Shown: positions 17,401 to 20,422 of the stretch, in pieces
Layout: every line of letters begins with the position of its first letter
How positions within the stretch are numbered: the stretch's first letter is position 1
DNA from: Candidatus Methylomirabilales bacterium
Lineage (GTDB): Bacteria; Methylomirabilota; Methylomirabilia; Methylomirabilales; CSP1-5
Length of the DNA: 20,422 nucleotides
Reading direction: 5' to 3'
Assembly (NCBI GenBank): GCA_046758505.1
Contig: JBHIAH010000046.1
Location: 1-20,422, forward strand
Translations under genes and position numbers: made by a program
The notes under the pieces: generated by a model
The model's database searches: none
The model's input: only the letters and a program-made list of their open reading frames with translations
What the model was told of the DNA's origin: nothing

Positions 17401-18201
17401 ATGCGAAATCAGGCACCAGAGCGGCTTGCCAGAAACTTCTTCCCGATCAACGGACTGGGCCTCGCCTACGCGCGTGCAGGCAGGCGATGGCCGCTGCGCA
17501 GGGGTCGGCTTGTCCTGGTCCACGGCAGCGGGTGTAGCGCTGACGCCTGGCGGTTCCAGGTGGACGGGCTCTCGCGGAATCTCGAGGTGATCGCCCTCGA
17601 TCTACCGGGGCATGGCGGCACGAAGCCGGTGCCGGATCCCTCCATCCGGCGCTACGCGAGCACGGTTACAGACCTCCTCCAGCACATCGGAGGGCGACGG
17701 GTCTTTCTCGGCGGCCATTCCATGGGCGGGGCCGTGGCGCTGCAGGTCGCCCTGGACCATCCGGAGCTGCTCAAGGGCCTGATCCTGGTTGCGACGACGG
17801 CCTACCTCGACACGCTGGCGCTGACGCCAGACATCTTGCTGTGGGCCGCCGCGGCCGTGCCGCACAAGTTCAAGGGGATGTTCTTTTCGAAGACGGTGAG
17901 GGAGGAAGCACTGGCCATCGCGCGAAACGATGTGCGACGCTGCGGCCTGGAGACGGTCCTCGGCGACTTTGCCGCCTGCCGTGACTTTGATCTCAGGCGC
18001 CAACTAAAGGACCTGACGCTCCCTGCCCTGATCCTGTGCGGGAGCGAAGATCGGATCACGCCCCCGCGGCACTCCGCGCGACTCCACGAGGAGATTCCGT
18101 CATCCTCGTTTGTGCTCATTCCGAAGGCGGGGCACATGCTTCCGCTCGAAGCGCCTGCGCCGGTCAATGCCGCCATCCGCAACTTCATCCGCAAGCGCTA
18201 G
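17401..18201 (+). CDS. Alpha/beta-fold hydrolase
   Basis: LVLVHG, DLPGHG, nucleophile GHSMGG, GSEDRIT (Asp) and AGHM (His) triad motifs. Alternative start at 17389. Confidence 0.93.
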   Translation: MRNQAPERLARNFFPINGLGLAYARAGRRWPLRRGRLVLVHGSGCSADAWRFQVDGLSRNLEVIALDLPGHGGTKPVPDPSIRRYASTVTDLLQHIGGRRVFLGGHSMGGAVALQVALDHPELLKGLILVATTAYLDTLALTPDILLWAAAAVPHKFKGMFFSKTVREEALAIARNDVRRCGLETVLGDFAACRDFDLRRQLKDLTLPALILCGSEDRITPPRHSARLHEEIPSSSFVLIPKAGHMLPLEAPAPVNAAIRNFIRKR

Positions 18202-18308
18202 ACGCGGCCTGCGCGCCGACGTTCACACACGGGAGGCCTGGAAAGGCTGCGACCGAACCATCCGCGTCCCGGCCTCTCTCCCTTTGTCCGAGCCGCACGG
18301 AACCATCT

Positions 18309-18324
18309 TGGCACCTCACATGCA
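18309..18324 (+). promoter_or_regulatory. Sigma-54 -24/-12 promoter
   Basis: TGGCACC-TCAC-ATGCA. Confidence 0.75.
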
Positions 18325-18372
18325 TGGGGAACGATGGGCCCGGTGCGGCCGGTTTGGAAAACAGGAGGACAT

Positions 18373-18510
18373 GTGCCTTACAACGGGATTGACAAGTGTG
18401 ATCAGTGCGGGAAGCCCCTCGAAGAGGGGCAATGGCTTATCGGTCTGTGCCGCGCGTGCGAGCGGAAGCCGGTGGCTGCGGGGAAGAAGGGAAAGAAGGG
18501 AAAGCGGTAA
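18373..18510 (+). CDS. Zinc-finger microprotein with Lys-rich tail (45 aa), absent from the ORF track
   Basis: GTG start after AGGAGG; MPYNGIDKCDQCGKPLEEGQWLIGLCRACERKPVAAGKKGKKGKR*. Confidence 0.75.
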   Translation: MPYNGIDKCDQCGKPLEEGQWLIGLCRACERKPVAAGKKGKKGKR

Positions 18511-18724
18511 GACGCCTCATCGTCGGGCGGCGCGGTCAGCCCTCCGGCCTCTGCATCCAGAGGTCGCCAAACGCTTCCACGGGGAGAAGGTTCCTGAACG
18601 GAAACCCGCAGACCGGACACTCACCATGCAATCGCTGAATCGCCATATAGACGAGGCGGCATTGATTGCATTTCATGCACGTGATCTCGATCTCGACCAC
18701 GACAACCTCCGCGCGTGAGGCGTA

Positions 18725-18946
18725 TTATGGTTCCAGATGAAACGTCTGGCTCACGTTGTTCCAGGAGACCACAGCCTCTTGCGTCTTGGCCTGATTGATC
18801 ACCGATTCCACAAAGCGCAGCAGATGGTTCACGTGCAGGCCGCAGGTTTTTTCGAGATCCTCTATTTCTTTCGCGGTGAATGGTTTCGCGGTTGAGTCGG
18901 CCTCGATCCATTCGACCGGTAATGTGTCAAGCAAGAGCGGGGACAT
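18725..18946 (-). CDS. Small hypothetical protein (73 aa)
   Basis: GGAGG/GAAGGA upstream, protein-like sequence, sigma-54 promoter upstream. Confidence 0.6.
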   Translation of the reverse strand: MSPLLLDTLPVEWIEADSTAKPFTAKEIEDLEKTCGLHVNHLLRFVESVINQAKTQEAVVSWNNVSQTFHLEP

Positions 18947-19003
18947 TCCTTCACATCCTCCTTCCATCTTCCATCAGCAAATATGCTGCTATAGCGGATG
19001 GGG

Positions 19004-19019
19004 TGCAAGTTGTGGACCA
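19004..19019 (-). promoter_or_regulatory. Sigma-54 -24/-12 promoter
   Basis: Minus strand reads TGGTCCA-CAAC-TTGCA. Confidence 0.7.
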
Positions 19020-19459
19020 TCTTGCGTTTGACCGCCCTCGGCCGAAGCCCCACGTGAATAGCCTGTGCCCAGTGGGCTCAGGGTAGCTGGCCTTGCCGCC
19101 CTTGTTTTTCGGCCAGTTATGCGTTATAACGCGGTCCGTGGGCGAGATATTCACTGCGGGCCTTTGCCTTGCGCGGCAACGCCCTTTGAGCCTCGACGCG
19201 GCCGCGGGGAGTGGGGCAATTCACCGCTAGCCCCATTTTCTGGTGGGTTGGCCGTCTGGTTTGGCTGGAGGATGGCGGTGCCAACGGCCGACCGATGACA
19301 ACGGGGGGCCGGGAAAGCCACGGCGGTCCCGCGGAAGCTGGAAAGGAGACGGGGGGGTAAACCGATGCCAAGGGGAGGGTCATCCGGAGCGCACCATGAG
19401 AATTCTCGCCCGGGACGTGAGGCGGCCCTGAGGACGAACGGTATGGAAGGAAAACGAAG

Positions 19460-19669
19460 ATGGAATGGCTAAGGCAATGGGATATAGTCCTGGTGCTCGG
19501 CGCCTTGCTGGTTTTGTGCATCGTCGCCCTGTTTCTTCGGTGGTTTCTCAGGCTCGACGAGATGGCCAGGACGCTGCACAATATTCATGAGGAACTCAGG
19601 CTCATGCGCGGGGCCCGCAAGAAGGAAGGGACGGATGAGCACAACGAGGAGGAAGAATATTATCTATGA
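19460..19669 (+). CDS. Small single-TM membrane protein with coiled-coil and acidic tail (69 aa)
   Basis: GGAAGG RBS; hydrophobic helix followed by RWFLRLDEMARTL..I.EEL. Confidence 0.7.
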   Translation: MEWLRQWDIVLVLGALLVLCIVALFLRWFLRLDEMARTLHNIHEELRLMRGARKKEGTDEHNEEEEYYL

Positions 19670-19846
19670 GCGACGGTCGGGGACGAGGCTACGGGACCCG
19701 AAGTGGGATCAGGCGTTGATATCTTGACAATCTTCTTGCGTTTTGACAGAGCCCGCTGTAGGAATGACCTATACGGTCCCCACTCATTCCCCCCATCACA
19801 TAGTCACTATGAGATACCCGGCACGAACCGTGAAAAGGAGGGAGCC

Positions 19847-20212
19847 ATGGCAAGACTGCTGATTACGGCCACGTACGGATACGATGACTCCACCCGCGCG
19901 ACGATGCCGTTCTTCTTAGCCAAGGGTGCCAACGAGGTGGGAATCGACGTCGGCGTTGTGTTGGCCCTCGACGCCACCGTGCTCGTCAAGCCTGAGTTCC
20001 GGCAGCACATCAGGCCGTTCGGCCAGCCGCCGCTCGAGGAGCTGTTCAACTTCGCCGTGGACCATAAGATCCCGATCTACGTCTGAGGGGGGTGAGCCCA
20101 GACCCGGGGGGTCTTGGACGCAGACCTCGAGCGTATCCCGGTGGTGCAAAAGATTGACGTCAAGCGGTGCGCCCAACTGCTGGTCGAGTACGACCGATCC
20201 GCCTCCTACTGA
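19847..20212 (+). CDS. DsrE/DsrF-like family protein, predicted selenoprotein with U80-G-G-U83 (121 aa)
   Basis: AGGAGG RBS; DsrE-like pattern LLITATYGYDDSTRATMPF.LA.GA...G.DV.V.L..DA..L...PPL.EL.......IPIYV; in-frame TGA at 20084 and 20093 where CxxC is expected; frame continues AQTRGVLDADL...AQLLVEYDRSASY to TGA 20210-20212. Confidence 0.88.
20098..20128 (+). promoter_or_regulatory. Candidate bacterial SECIS elements (two overlapping hairpins)
   Basis: Hairpin 1: AGACCC (20100-105)/GGGTCT (20109-114), GGG loop. Hairpin 2: GGGGTCT[T]G (20108-116)/CAGACCTC (20121-128), GACG loop, bulged U20115. Confidence 0.6.
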
Positions 20213-20422
20213 GTGCACCAACAGAAAAGGGCCCAGGCCCAGTCTTGGCCAAGATAGCTCTTTGAGAGTCCATGTTGGACAGCATCCAGCGCCGATCGTA
20301 GTTTTCTCTGTGCCTCGCAGCTGCCCCTGTGTGCCCGTAAGAGGCTGTTTCAGGGGGGGGCTCAATGGACTGCAAGCATCCCAAAGCGTTTGGGCGGTGT
20401 CTTCAAGAAAAGGGGACAGGCT

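Noticed and set aside
19724..19748. Two TTGACA hexamers upstream of the DsrE gene
   Set aside because: Neither has a credible -10 box at 16-18 nt, so no promoter can be called; a direct-repeat operator is possible but unsupported.
19703..20086. ORF-track call of a 127-aa protein ending at TGA 20086, or a pseudogene reading of the DsrE gene
   Set aside because: The real start is ATG 19847 (AGGAGG RBS). Both stops are TGA at the two expected Cys positions, and the downstream frame is intact and completes the fold, which favours Sec recoding.
20084..20095. Alternative genetic code (UGA = Trp or Gly)
   Set aside because: TGA terminates several clearly full-length genes in this window and no other recognised gene has an internal TGA.

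Overview
High-GC bacterial window of scattered, mostly monocistronic genes; no rRNA, tRNA, CRISPR array or transposase was recognised. Recognisable genes in order: DUF3568-type lipoprotein (5' partial), short CbiX/SirB chelatase, ubiE/menG plus an MqnP-type UbiA prenyltransferase, glycine-zipper lipoprotein, DUF420-cupredoxin fusion, PilZ protein, bactofilin, two paralogous 159-aa secreted orphans, rhomboid-TPR, REC-PilZ regulator, CBS-BON protein, alpha/beta hydrolase and several small proteins. The main observation is a DsrE-family gene (19847-20212) whose expected CxxC site reads TGA-GGG-GGG-TGA, i.e. a predicted two-selenocysteine UGGU motif. It is followed by two overlapping, mutually exclusive SECIS-like hairpins, each about 20 nt behind one UGA. 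A second theme is nine sigma-54 (-24/-12) promoter motifs, four of them in front of microproteins not called as such in the ORF track (three CxxC..CxxC, one 2-TM). All calls come from reading the sequence by eye; no database search or folding program was run.
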